From an uncultured Nitrospinota bacterium (GTDB taxonomy: Bacteria; Nitrospinota; Nitrospinia; Nitrospinales; VA-1): a DNA stretch of 59,322 nt. This document shows positions 49,738-57,616 of this stretch, piece after piece. The stretch's first letter is position 1; every line of letters starts with the position of its first letter. Under the pieces are notes generated by a model that made no database searches, was not told where the DNA came from, and worked only from the letters and a program-made list of their open reading frames with translations. Location: positions 1-59,322 of the forward strand of contig CAJQRI010000015.1 in the NCBI GenBank assembly GCA_905612265.1. Reading direction: 5' to 3'. The translations under genes and the position numbers were made by a program.

Positions 49738-50733
49738 GTGACGCCTGACAATTTAATTCTAAAAATTTCCAAGGGCCAAATAGAACCTTTCTATTTTCTC
49801 TACGGTCCGGAAATTTTTTACCAGACTGAAATCATCCAGGCTCTGATTCAACAATCGATCACCGATGATAATCGGGACTTTAATCTCGAAAACTTTGATG
49901 CACGGGATAGCACGGTGAATCACTGGTTGGGGTCTGCCAAAACCCTATCTTTCCTGGGCGGAGTAAAACTGGTGATCGTGCGTAACCTGCAAGAGGCCAT
50001 TCCTAAAGATAATGAAGCGCAAGCCCTCATGGACTACGCCAAGTCTCCTATCCCTGAAGCTTGTTTGGTTATTGCCTCCAACAAGGTGGATCGAAAAAGG
50101 AAATTATTTAAAACACTGACAGGGTTAAAAACCGCAGTTGCCTGCGAAGCTCCAAAAGAAAATGAGCTTATAAACTGGCTTCGCAAACGGGCTGAAGAGA
50201 GCTATTATTCGCTAACCTCTGATGCGGCACGTTTTCTGGTAAATAGAGTAGGGGCTCGACCTGGAGTTCTGGCAAAGGAATTAGAAAAAACTCTCCTCTA
50301 TGCGGGAGCAAACAAATCTATCTCAGAGAAGAATGTCGCTGAAGTGGTGGGGGAAAGCAAATTGGAAAATGTTTTTGCCCTCACCGATGCATTGAAAACA
50401 AAAAACCCTGAAACAGCACTTCGCCTTCTCAACAATCAAATTGACCACGGGGAAGAACCCATGAAAATTCTAGGGACGATTGCCTGGCAGTTTCGAATGA
50501 TCTGGGAGGTAAAACATTTTCAGAAACAAAATTTACCATCAGGTCAGATTGCTAAAGCTATGGGAGCCACCCCTTTTGTGGTTGATAAAGCATTACAGCA
50601 CACTCGTCGGTTCAGCACACAACAACTACGCACAGGATATTTGGAATTGGTTAAAGCCGACAGAAGCTTAAAGTCTACTTCACAAGATCCATTGTCGGTT
50701 ATGCAAAGTCTGGTCCTTAACCTCTGCCGCTAA
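49738..50733 (+). CDS. holA: DNA polymerase III subunit delta
   Basis: 331 aa with a GTG start. It has the N-terminal IEPFYFLYGPEIFYQ pattern and sits in the expected position after lptE. Confidence 0.85.
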   Translation: MTPDNLILKISKGQIEPFYFLYGPEIFYQTEIIQALIQQSITDDNRDFNLENFDARDSTVNHWLGSAKTLSFLGGVKLVIVRNLQEAIPKDNEAQALMDYAKSPIPEACLVIASNKVDRKRKLFKTLTGLKTAVACEAPKENELINWLRKRAEESYYSLTSDAARFLVNRVGARPGVLAKELEKTLLYAGANKSISEKNVAEVVGESKLENVFALTDALKTKNPETALRLLNNQIDHGEEPMKILGTIAWQFRMIWEVKHFQKQNLPSGQIAKAMGATPFVVDKALQHTRRFSTQQLRTGYLELVKADRSLKSTSQDPLSVMQSLVLNLCR

Positions 50734-50761
50734 GCTTTATGATTTGAGAGGGATGTAAGGC

Positions 50762-50788
50762 GGCTGAGTAAGCAGTTGCTTATCAGCC
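50762..50788. terminator. Hairpin between convergent holA and rpsT (putative bidirectional terminator)
   Basis: GGCTGA(G)TAAGC-AGTT-GCTTATCAGCC forms an 11-bp stem with one bulge. There is no strong U-tract. Confidence 0.4.
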
Positions 50789-50802
50789 TCTCATGGAAGA
50801 AA

Positions 50803-51066
50803 TTAAGCCGTGCGGTTGACCAACCGTGTAAGACCGGAAATTTTTCGGGATGCGGCTCGAGCGTGGAGTATACCTTTACCACCAACCTTAGCAATGGTTT
50901 TAACAGCGGCCTTTAATTCTTTCTGGGCCTGCTCTTTATTACCCGCCTCAGCTTCAGTGCGTACTTTTTTAGATAACGTCTTAACTAAAGTACGGTAGCC
51001 TTTGTTTCTCTCATTTTTTTTTATGTTCTGCCGGTTGCGCTTCAATGCAGATTTATGATTAGCCAA
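50803..51066 (-). CDS. rpsT: 30S ribosomal protein S20
   Basis: The ORF-track start at 51120 adds 18 non-conserved residues. A TTG at 51066 gives (M)ANHKSALKRNRQNIKKNERNK and is preceded by AAGGAG 7 nt upstream. E. coli rpsT also uses a UUG start. Confidence 0.92.
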   Translation of the reverse strand: MANHKSALKRNRQNIKKNERNKGYRTLVKTLSKKVRTEAEAGNKEQAQKELKAAVKTIAKVGGKGILHARAASRKISGLTRLVNRTA

Positions 51067-51236
51067 AAACTGCTCCTTTATATTGAGCGTTAAAAACTCG
51101 TCCCCAAAACCGGGCGACAAATAATAGTGAATTGAATTTTATACTTTATTCCTTCCGGGTTGTCAAGTTACAGCATAAAAAACCAAAGGAAAAAGCTTTA
51201 TTCATCCCCTGAAATCAGGGACTTAAGATATTCCAT

Positions 51237-51548
51237 TTACCACTTGAACTCATTTTTGGATACTTTATAAAGCTGGGAAGCCTGGCTCAGGTCTTTGTTT
51301 CGACCGGCCCATTCCAATTGGAGTGCGGCCTCTTGCACCGGTCCTGCGCAAATATTAGCAGAAGCTCCATTTAGTGCATGCGGGTCAACTGAGGAAGAAG
51401 AGGTCAACATGAGTGTCAGAACCTTTTTCAAACGTGGATCCTTCTTGATAGTTTTCGCAATCTCTAATCCTTTTTTCTTTGGAACCCTGATATCCGGAAA
51501 AATTAGATCCGGCTCAGGGCTATTGAGTTTCATCCTGACACTCTCCAT
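51237..51548 (-). pseudogene. Remnant of a response-regulator receiver fused to an Hpt-like segment
   Basis: The 103-aa ORF holds only the middle of a REC domain (PDLIFPDIRVPKKKGLEIAKTIKKDPRLKKVLTLMLTSSSS). It jumps straight into an Hpt-like helix pair (PHALNGASANICAGPVQEAALQLEWAGRNKDLSQASQLY). More REC-like sequence lies upstream in another frame and ends in a stop (see the finding). Confidence 0.5.
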
Positions 51549-51705
51549 TAGTGAAGTTATCTCTCAACCCCCGCTACCAAATTGAGTAAAAAATCTTTTA
51601 CCTATCGCCCTGAAAAGCTAAATAACTTTTCAGCAAATTGTTGGCTTCAGATACCCGCAAGTTAAAACTTGAGCTGGCCCATACCAACCCGTATGATCTC
51701 ATTCC

Positions 51706-52617
51706 ATGACTCGTGAAATAAAATCAGCTTATCTAGCAGCAGAAGGGTTTCTCGCTCCCTTACTTAAAGAGATGGGGGAAACTACAGGTATTCACGACCA
51801 ATTGGTGCTTTCCTCCAAACCTGCAAAAAATGCTCACTGGGCACAGAATATCTGGCTCAACCCCCAGGTTCTCCACATCGAGTCGATCAACGACGCGGCA
51901 AAACAATTGAAAACTATTCAGCGGAACTGGTGCCTTTATTCGCACACCCTTCACCGTCGAGCCAGACTGATTCTGGATAAACTTCCGCCCGTGAACTTTA
52001 AACCCATGAGTTTTCCTTCTCCATTATCAACTCTTCCTTTAGGAAGCTTCACTCTGCTGGATGAAAACACATTGCTAGCTTCGGCAAATTGTTCGAATCC
52101 TCTCCCGAACGGAGAAGCACATTTTATTGAAGACAAAAATGGTCCACCCAACCGCGCTTACTTGAAACTTTATGAAGCTCTCACTCTTACCGGCACAACA
52201 CCACAACCAGGGGAGTTTTGTATAGATGTAGGGGGCAGTCCTGGTGGGTGGTCTTGGGTGGTGCACCAATGCGGCGCGGATGTTTTAAGTATAGACCGCT
52301 CCCCACTTGCTCCATCGGTCGCCAAATTGAAGGGGGTCTCGTTTCAGAAACGCGATGCCTTCACATTGATGCCGGAGGAATTTAAAGGCCGGCGCATCGA
52401 TTGGCTTTTCTCAGATGTGATCTGTTACCCGGACAAACTTTATGAGTGGATACTGAAATGGGTGGAATCGGGCATCTGCAAAAACTTCATCTGCACGATT
52501 AAATTTAAAGGTGAGCCCGATCTTTCTATCGCTGATAAATTTTCCGCCATTCCCGGTAGCCAAGTGCGACACCTGTTCCGTAATAAAAACGAATTAACCT
52601 GGTTCAAAATCAGTTAA
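51706..52617 (+). CDS. RlmM-like SAM-dependent rRNA 2'-O-methyltransferase (FtsJ fold)
   Basis: 303 aa. NRAYLKLYEAL...CIDVGGSPGGWSWVVHQCGADVLSIDRSPL...IDWLFSDVICYPDKLYEWILKWV parallels the E. coli RlmM (YgdE) C-terminal domain as I remember it. The N-terminal domain is shorter than in E. coli. Confidence 0.7.
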   Translation: MTREIKSAYLAAEGFLAPLLKEMGETTGIHDQLVLSSKPAKNAHWAQNIWLNPQVLHIESINDAAKQLKTIQRNWCLYSHTLHRRARLILDKLPPVNFKPMSFPSPLSTLPLGSFTLLDENTLLASANCSNPLPNGEAHFIEDKNGPPNRAYLKLYEALTLTGTTPQPGEFCIDVGGSPGGWSWVVHQCGADVLSIDRSPLAPSVAKLKGVSFQKRDAFTLMPEEFKGRRIDWLFSDVICYPDKLYEWILKWVESGICKNFICTIKFKGEPDLSIADKFSAIPGSQVRHLFRNKNELTWFKIS

Positions 52618-53281
52618 TCAATCGACTTAGATCTTTAGCCGCATTAAGGATATCGGTTTTATTCAAGGATTCCGCCAAAGCCACTGCTTCATCAAAACAA
52701 ATATTAAATTGCTCGCGGTCTCCCAGCATGCGATACAAAACACATACGGAAAACAGCGGCTGAAGAATTTTCAGTTGGTCTTGAAGCTCTCGTCCCATAC
52801 GCACACGGTTCTGCAAAGTGACAGTTCCCCTTGCTAAGGCTCCTTGAACTGAAGCAAACCGACCCTCAATTTTCAGTCCGCCAGCCTCGCACCATACATC
52901 AGCAAAAATTTCTAATGCCCTTTGCCACTCACACTTACGCCAGAACGTTATACCTACCATTGCAAAAATAGCCCGCTCACCAACCTTGTCACCGGACTTT
53001 TTAAACAATTCTAATGCAGGACTGAACTGGTCCAAAGCTTTTTGCAGTTGTGCCTTTTCCCAGAAAGCCGTGCCGAGCGCAGTCAAAATCACCGCCACCT
53101 GATCGGCATCGCCTTTTTCCCGAATAATTGGCAACACTCCTTGCAAGCAATGCACGGCAAAATCATACTTGCGTTCTTGTTGGTAAGCGTTGACCAAGGG
53201 AATTATCGCCTCCACCATATCAAACGGGGAAGTTCTTTCTTTTGCTCTATTAAATTTATTTTCCAGCTCAGTAAGTGGCAT
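52610..53281 (-). CDS. TPR-like helical repeat protein, unknown function
   Basis: 223 aa, all-helical, with repeating A/L/G/W/F patterns (ALGTAFWEKAQLQKALDQF; VGITFWRKCEWQRALEIF). Its 3' end overlaps the convergent RlmM-like gene by 8 nt. Confidence 0.6.
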   Translation of the reverse strand: MPLTELENKFNRAKERTSPFDMVEAIIPLVNAYQQERKYDFAVHCLQGVLPIIREKGDADQVAVILTALGTAFWEKAQLQKALDQFSPALELFKKSGDKVGERAIFAMVGITFWRKCEWQRALEIFADVWCEAGGLKIEGRFASVQGALARGTVTLQNRVRMGRELQDQLKILQPLFSVCVLYRMLGDREQFNICFDEAVALAESLNKTDILNAAKDLSRLIN

Positions 53282-53352
53282 ATTATTGGAACTTTTTTAC
53301 AAGTGAGTCATCCTATATAGAGGTATCTTAACTTTATAAAGGACTACAAACC

Positions 53353-53643
53353 ATGTTTAAAGAAATTGCGGCTCAAAAAGTACAGGAGATGCAGGAAGAA
53401 GATGCTGTTAATGTGGTCGACATTCGCGATCCAGGCTCTTTTGCCGGCGGGCATATTCCCAACGCGGTTTCCCTGAACGATGGCAATGTGAAAGAGTATA
53501 TCGAAAACACCGACAAGGAAAAACCGCTGGTTGTTTGCTGTTATCACGGCAACTCCAGTCGTGGTGCTGCCGAATACCTTTCGCAAAACGGATTCAAAGA
53601 AGTCTATAGCATGACCGGTGGATTCGATGCCTGGCCCGACTAG
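53353..53643 (+). CDS. glpE: Single-domain rhodanese (thiosulfate sulfurtransferase GlpE-like)
   Basis: 96 aa: VVDIRDPGSFAGGHIPNAV...VVCCYHGNSSRGAAEYLSQNGFKEVYSMTGGFDAW. The active-site loop CYHGNSS is the same as in E. coli GlpE. Confidence 0.85.
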   Translation: MFKEIAAQKVQEMQEEDAVNVVDIRDPGSFAGGHIPNAVSLNDGNVKEYIENTDKEKPLVVCCYHGNSSRGAAEYLSQNGFKEVYSMTGGFDAWPD

Positions 53644-53673
53644 CTGGTTAGCAGACTAGCAATAAAAGTTTCT

Positions 53674-54567
53674 TCAGTTTATGGGATAGTCGTTCATTGG
53701 GTTCTCGCCGAGCATGCCTTTATTCTTGTAACGCCGCAGGGCTTCTGGACAATTGCAGGCACGCTCAATCCCTTGCAAACTTTCAAATACCGCGCCGATC
53801 AGTTGTGGAAATTTCTGTATTGCCGCGTCAACCTGCTTTCGCTCCTCTTTTGTCTGCATGCCTTCAAACAATTCTCCCTTTTTAAACTCTCGCGGTTTCA
53901 CTCCTTCAGCATAATTGGTCAGGTAGCAGAAAGGCGTGTAGCACATTTCCATTTCCCTAGCTAGAAAGGCTTCCGGTGCCAGAGTCATGCCCACTAGGTC
54001 GGCACCCAGCAAACGCAGTTTGCGAATCTCTGCTGGGGTTTCCAAACGGGGTCCTTCCGTACAAGCATAGACCGCTTGCTCATGATGGTTCAGCCCACTT
54101 GAATGTAAAATATCGTGCAGGGCTGTAGCGATCTGCGGGCAAAACGGTTCGTTCATGCGGATGAAGCCAATCCCTTGATTCTTGAAAAATGTGGCCTCAC
54201 GATTTTTCGTTTCATCAATGATATCGTGCGGCACGACGAAATCTCCCGGCTTGAAGGCAGTGTTGATAATTCCCGGACCGGACCAAGATATCACCCGCTC
54301 GACTCCGCATCGCTTCAGGGCATAAATATTAGCGCGGTAATTTACAAAGGGAGCGGTAAGGGAATAATCGGTTTCACCATGACGAGATAAAAATAAAACA
54401 TCCCGACCTGCAAAACTGAAATGGTGAACGGGTGCACTTTTGCCGTAAGGGGTTTGCAGAACTTGACAGTCCTTTTCCTTGCCAAGGGCCTGGCCGGTGA
54501 GAAGATGATAAGCCCCACTACCACCCAGCACCGCAATAGGAACCTTGAACGGGGCGGATTCATTCAT
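53674..54567 (-). CDS. S-methyl-5'-thioadenosine phosphorylase-family (PNP/MTAP) enzyme
   Basis: 297 aa: IAVLGGSGAY...FLSRHGE...NYRANIYALKRCGVERVISWSGPG...PGDFVVPHDIID...GADLVGMTLAPEAFLAREMEMCY. The C-terminal extension contains a CNC motif. Confidence 0.8.
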   Translation of the reverse strand: MNESAPFKVPIAVLGGSGAYHLLTGQALGKEKDCQVLQTPYGKSAPVHHFSFAGRDVLFLSRHGETDYSLTAPFVNYRANIYALKRCGVERVISWSGPGIINTAFKPGDFVVPHDIIDETKNREATFFKNQGIGFIRMNEPFCPQIATALHDILHSSGLNHHEQAVYACTEGPRLETPAEIRKLRLLGADLVGMTLAPEAFLAREMEMCYTPFCYLTNYAEGVKPREFKKGELFEGMQTKEERKQVDAAIQKFPQLIGAVFESLQGIERACNCPEALRRYKNKGMLGENPMNDYPIN

Positions 54568-54572
54568 CAGTT

Positions 54573-55079
54573 TTAATCGAGGTAAGTTTCAATATCGCCA
54601 ACATAATTGGCTGCCGATTCGCGTATGCCGCGAATTTCTTCATCCGTCAGTTCCCGCTTGACCTTCGCTGGAGACCCCAGCACAAGGCTTTTCGGTGGAA
54701 TCTTCGTGTTCGGTGTCACTAGCGAACCCGCACCGACAATGGACTGCTCCCCCACTTCCGATCCATCCATAACAATTGCGCCCATGCCAATGAGGCATTG
54801 CGATTCGATAGTACATGCATGCAAGGTGACGTTATGTCCCACCGTCACTTCATCACCAATGATCAACGGAAGGGTTTTACGCGCCACATGCAGAACACAA
54901 CCATCCTGAATATTAGTGCGCTTGCCAATGCGGATATTATTAACATCGCCACGGATTACTGCGTTGAACCACACACTGCTCTCTTCACCAATCTTCACAT
55001 CACCAATGATCTGCGCGCTTTCTACCACTAGAGAAGAGTCGTCGATTTCAGGTTTCTTACCTTTAAAAGGATGGATCAT
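54573..55079 (-). CDS. Gamma-carbonic-anhydrase-like left-handed beta-helix protein (YrdA/PaaY family)
   Basis: 168 aa with hexapeptide repeats: VWFNAVIRGDVNNIRIGKRTNIQDGCVLHV...VTVGHNVTLHAC. Confidence 0.85.
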   Translation of the reverse strand: MIHPFKGKKPEIDDSSLVVESAQIIGDVKIGEESSVWFNAVIRGDVNNIRIGKRTNIQDGCVLHVARKTLPLIIGDEVTVGHNVTLHACTIESQCLIGMGAIVMDGSEVGEQSIVGAGSLVTPNTKIPPKSLVLGSPAKVKRELTDEEIRGIRESAANYVGDIETYLD

Positions 55080-55183
55080 TTTAATCCCTTGAAAAAATGT
55101 ATTGAAAAGTTCTAAAAACTGCCCTCTGTCATGAGCAGGCTTAATTTAACGTTTTTTTGATTTTAAAGTCCATCATAAAAATA

Positions 55184-55930
55184 TTACCCATTATTAGACA
55201 TATGCTTATCGTGAATCGCCTTATAACTTTTTGATGACAGAGTTTGTCGATCGTCACCCACTGAAATTTCAGGAAGGACCGTTACCGTCGCTAAAAGCCG
55301 TGGCGCTTTCAGTAATGTCACAATATGGCTGATGAAACTATCTCCGTAATAAGCAATTGTCGGCTGATGATCATCATGATAGCAAATCTCCACCGGCACT
55401 ACAGGACGACTGGCAAGAACCGCCGACTCAAAAATCGCCGACTTGAAAGGCACCACATCCGTTCCATCCGTCGCCTGAGCCTCTGGAAACAGGATCACAC
55501 ATTGGTCACTGTTTAACCGCTGTTTAATTTCGCCAATGAGAGCTTTCACCTGATGGCGTTTGCTTCGGTTAGCGAAGACCGTCTTCCCCAACCTTGCCAG
55601 CCAACTGAACAGCGGCCAGTCTGAGATCTCGGCTTTCGAGACAAAGAAGCCTTTAAACGTTGCTCCCAAAATAAAAATATCCGGCGAACCGACATGGTTG
55701 GCAACGATTAATGAACCCGGTTTTATCGAAGCATTTCCCTCAATCTGCACTTGGATATTGAGGATAAGGCAAGTCACGCGCGCCCACACTTGCGCGAAAA
55801 AAGCGATCCATTTTAAAAGTCGTGGCGGTGACATAAAAAACAAAACATGCCCGAACGCTCCGATCACTACAAACACCCCAAACACCAAGGCATACAGTCC
55901 TATTCGGATGACTGCAAAAAAATATCCCAT
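55184..55930 (-). CDS. PlsC/LPLAT-family acyltransferase (lysophospholipid acyltransferase-like)
   Basis: 248 aa with an N-terminal TM segment, motif I ANHVGSPD (NHxxxxD) and a motif III-like ILFPEAQATDG. Confidence 0.75.
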   Translation of the reverse strand: MGYFFAVIRIGLYALVFGVFVVIGAFGHVLFFMSPPRLLKWIAFFAQVWARVTCLILNIQVQIEGNASIKPGSLIVANHVGSPDIFILGATFKGFFVSKAEISDWPLFSWLARLGKTVFANRSKRHQVKALIGEIKQRLNSDQCVILFPEAQATDGTDVVPFKSAIFESAVLASRPVVPVEICYHDDHQPTIAYYGDSFISHIVTLLKAPRLLATVTVLPEISVGDDRQTLSSKSYKAIHDKHMSNNG

Positions 55931-55939
55931 ATAAAAATC

Positions 55940-56704
55940 CTAGAAAAATCCTTTTGGTTTTTTTATCACTCTCAGCATATCAGAAGTGAACAGGCGGTTG
56001 AGATTCTTACACAAGGAAACTGCCATGGAACCTAGGCCTAAATTACCAGCGGGTGTCACACCTAGCTCCAGTAACATTGCGTTTGCAACACGAGACCAAG
56101 CAAGATGACTTTTGAACAGACCGTAATGGATTTTATCCAACCCGCAAAATGCACCCAGTCCGCTCACTAAATGGACTCGCTCATTTTGCAGAGATTTTTC
56201 CTCAAGATAATGATTCAGCTTTTTCACCGTCGAATCGGCCTGAGCAAAAGTCACAAGACTGTTTGGATAAAAGATGTATTTAAATAATTTGAAGGACGTC
56301 TTCCCCATATCTTTGGAAACATTCACATGTATGGAAGTCAGAAAAACTTCAGCGTTCATTTGTAGAGATTTTTCGATCAGAGTATCCAGAGATTCGATGA
56401 TGGATGAATCGGGCACTCCATACATGATGTCATTGCCTATATCCGTCAAAAGCACCATTATTCTGAAACCGCGTTCCGCATAAACTTTGGCGAATTTCAT
56501 AACACTACATTCACCAATGGGGGAATAGGTGAAATTGAGCAGTCCTCCTCGAGCACAATAACCCCGGCCCGGCCCCAGCGCATTGAGAAACTCACCGGCT
56601 GAAATATTTATGGATATATGACGGGTCAAGGCGGAGTAACCTCTCGCCAGATTACTGGCTCCCAACAGGACAAATAGAAATTGGTCTTGTTCAGAACCTT
56701 TCAT
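55940..56704 (-). CDS. SGNH/GDSL-like hydrolase-fold protein, unknown substrate
   Basis: 254 aa with no signal peptide. It has block I-like LLGASNL (Ser retained), block III-like DIGNDIMYG and block V-like GLDKIHYG (DxxH). This assignment was made by eye only. Confidence 0.5.
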   Translation of the reverse strand: MKGSEQDQFLFVLLGASNLARGYSALTRHISINISAGEFLNALGPGRGYCARGGLLNFTYSPIGECSVMKFAKVYAERGFRIMVLLTDIGNDIMYGVPDSSIIESLDTLIEKSLQMNAEVFLTSIHVNVSKDMGKTSFKLFKYIFYPNSLVTFAQADSTVKKLNHYLEEKSLQNERVHLVSGLGAFCGLDKIHYGLFKSHLAWSRVANAMLLELGVTPAGNLGLGSMAVSLCKNLNRLFTSDMLRVIKKPKGFF

Positions 56705-56710
56705 CGCCTC

Positions 56711-57616
56711 TTACGAGGACGGCCGGAAACGATTCGGCAAACCGGAAATGGAAGCCCGGGTTTCTAGTTTTTGTCGCAAATCTTTATAAAACTCCACCGT
56801 CTTTTGCATGTTCGGAGCCTTTGCATGCCCACTCCGCTGAAGAAAACTCGCACGGGAAGAATAATCCTTGATGGTGATATCATAATGTTCGAAACGACTT
56901 TTCCACCAGTTTCCTGGTTTACCATCCCAAACTAATTCATCCTGATTTTGCGGAGATTTTAAAGTGAGGAGTTTGTTGGTGCGGTCGATTTCAAAACGGA
57001 AGTCCCCCAGAAAACTCATTCCTAGTAACCCGTCAATTTCTTTAATATGGCTATTGATAGACGCTTCAACTAACCGGGTTTCGGCAGAGCCTACCGCAAC
57101 CATTTTGAGCGCCACCAGCGGCATCCAATTTTCCCCACCTGCAGTATTGAAAGGCAACTCGGCAGAATTGGAGTAAGGTGATACCCCTAGTTTATTACCA
57201 ATCTCTTCGGTAAGTGTGATGAGGGAGGCACCGGTATCCAGCATCAACCGGGCCTTGACACGACCATTGAGAACAGTTGCAACGAGAAAGTTTCCGCCAC
57301 CGACGGGAATGAGAGGGACTTGGACTTCCCCGTTTGATAAAATTGATCCGGGAAGTTCTATTGCAACAGGAGGTTGTGGAGTGGCCCGGTAGGCACCTCG
57401 AGCCTCACGGTGCTTGCGAACCCCTTGTTCCCTGTCGCGGTATTGTTTGGGAACCTTGGAGATGTCATCAGTGAAATGGATCGCGCCTTTGTCATCCCGA
57501 TAGGAAAAAATACCCGCTAGACTGCCCTGCACTACACAGAAAACAACAAAAAGAACCAGCGCCAACTGGACAACAAATTTGCAGGAAACTCTATTCAATT
57601 TCGATCGGGCTGACAT
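56711..57616 (-). CDS. Membrane-anchored retropepsin-like (clan AA) aspartic protease with a DUF4124-like N-terminal module
   Basis: It has an LMLDTGASLITL catalytic motif, a GLLGMSFLGDF flap/closing motif, and IFSYRDDKGAIHFTDD (DUF4124-like) after a signal anchor. I prefer the ATG at 57616 (MSARSKLNRVSCKFVVQLALVLFVV...) over the ORF-track TTG at 57679. Either start overlaps the ftsK 3' end. Confidence 0.7.
   Translation of the reverse strand: MSARSKLNRVSCKFVVQLALVLFVVFCVVQGSLAGIFSYRDDKGAIHFTDDISKVPKQYRDREQGVRKHREARGAYRATPQPPVAIELPGSILSNGEVQVPLIPVGGGNFLVATVLNGRVKARLMLDTGASLITLTEEIGNKLGVSPYSNSAELPFNTAGGENWMPLVALKMVAVGSAETRLVEASINSHIKEIDGLLGMSFLGDFRFEIDRTNKLLTLKSPQNQDELVWDGKPGNWWKSRFEHYDITIKDYSSRASFLQRSGHAKAPNMQKTVEFYKDLRQKLETRASISGLPNRFRPSS

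Noticed and set aside
52610-52617. 8-nt convergent 3' overlap of the RlmM-like gene and the TPR gene, considered as a regulatory antisense arrangement
   Set aside because: Short convergent stop-region overlaps are common in compact genomes, and nothing else supports a regulatory role.
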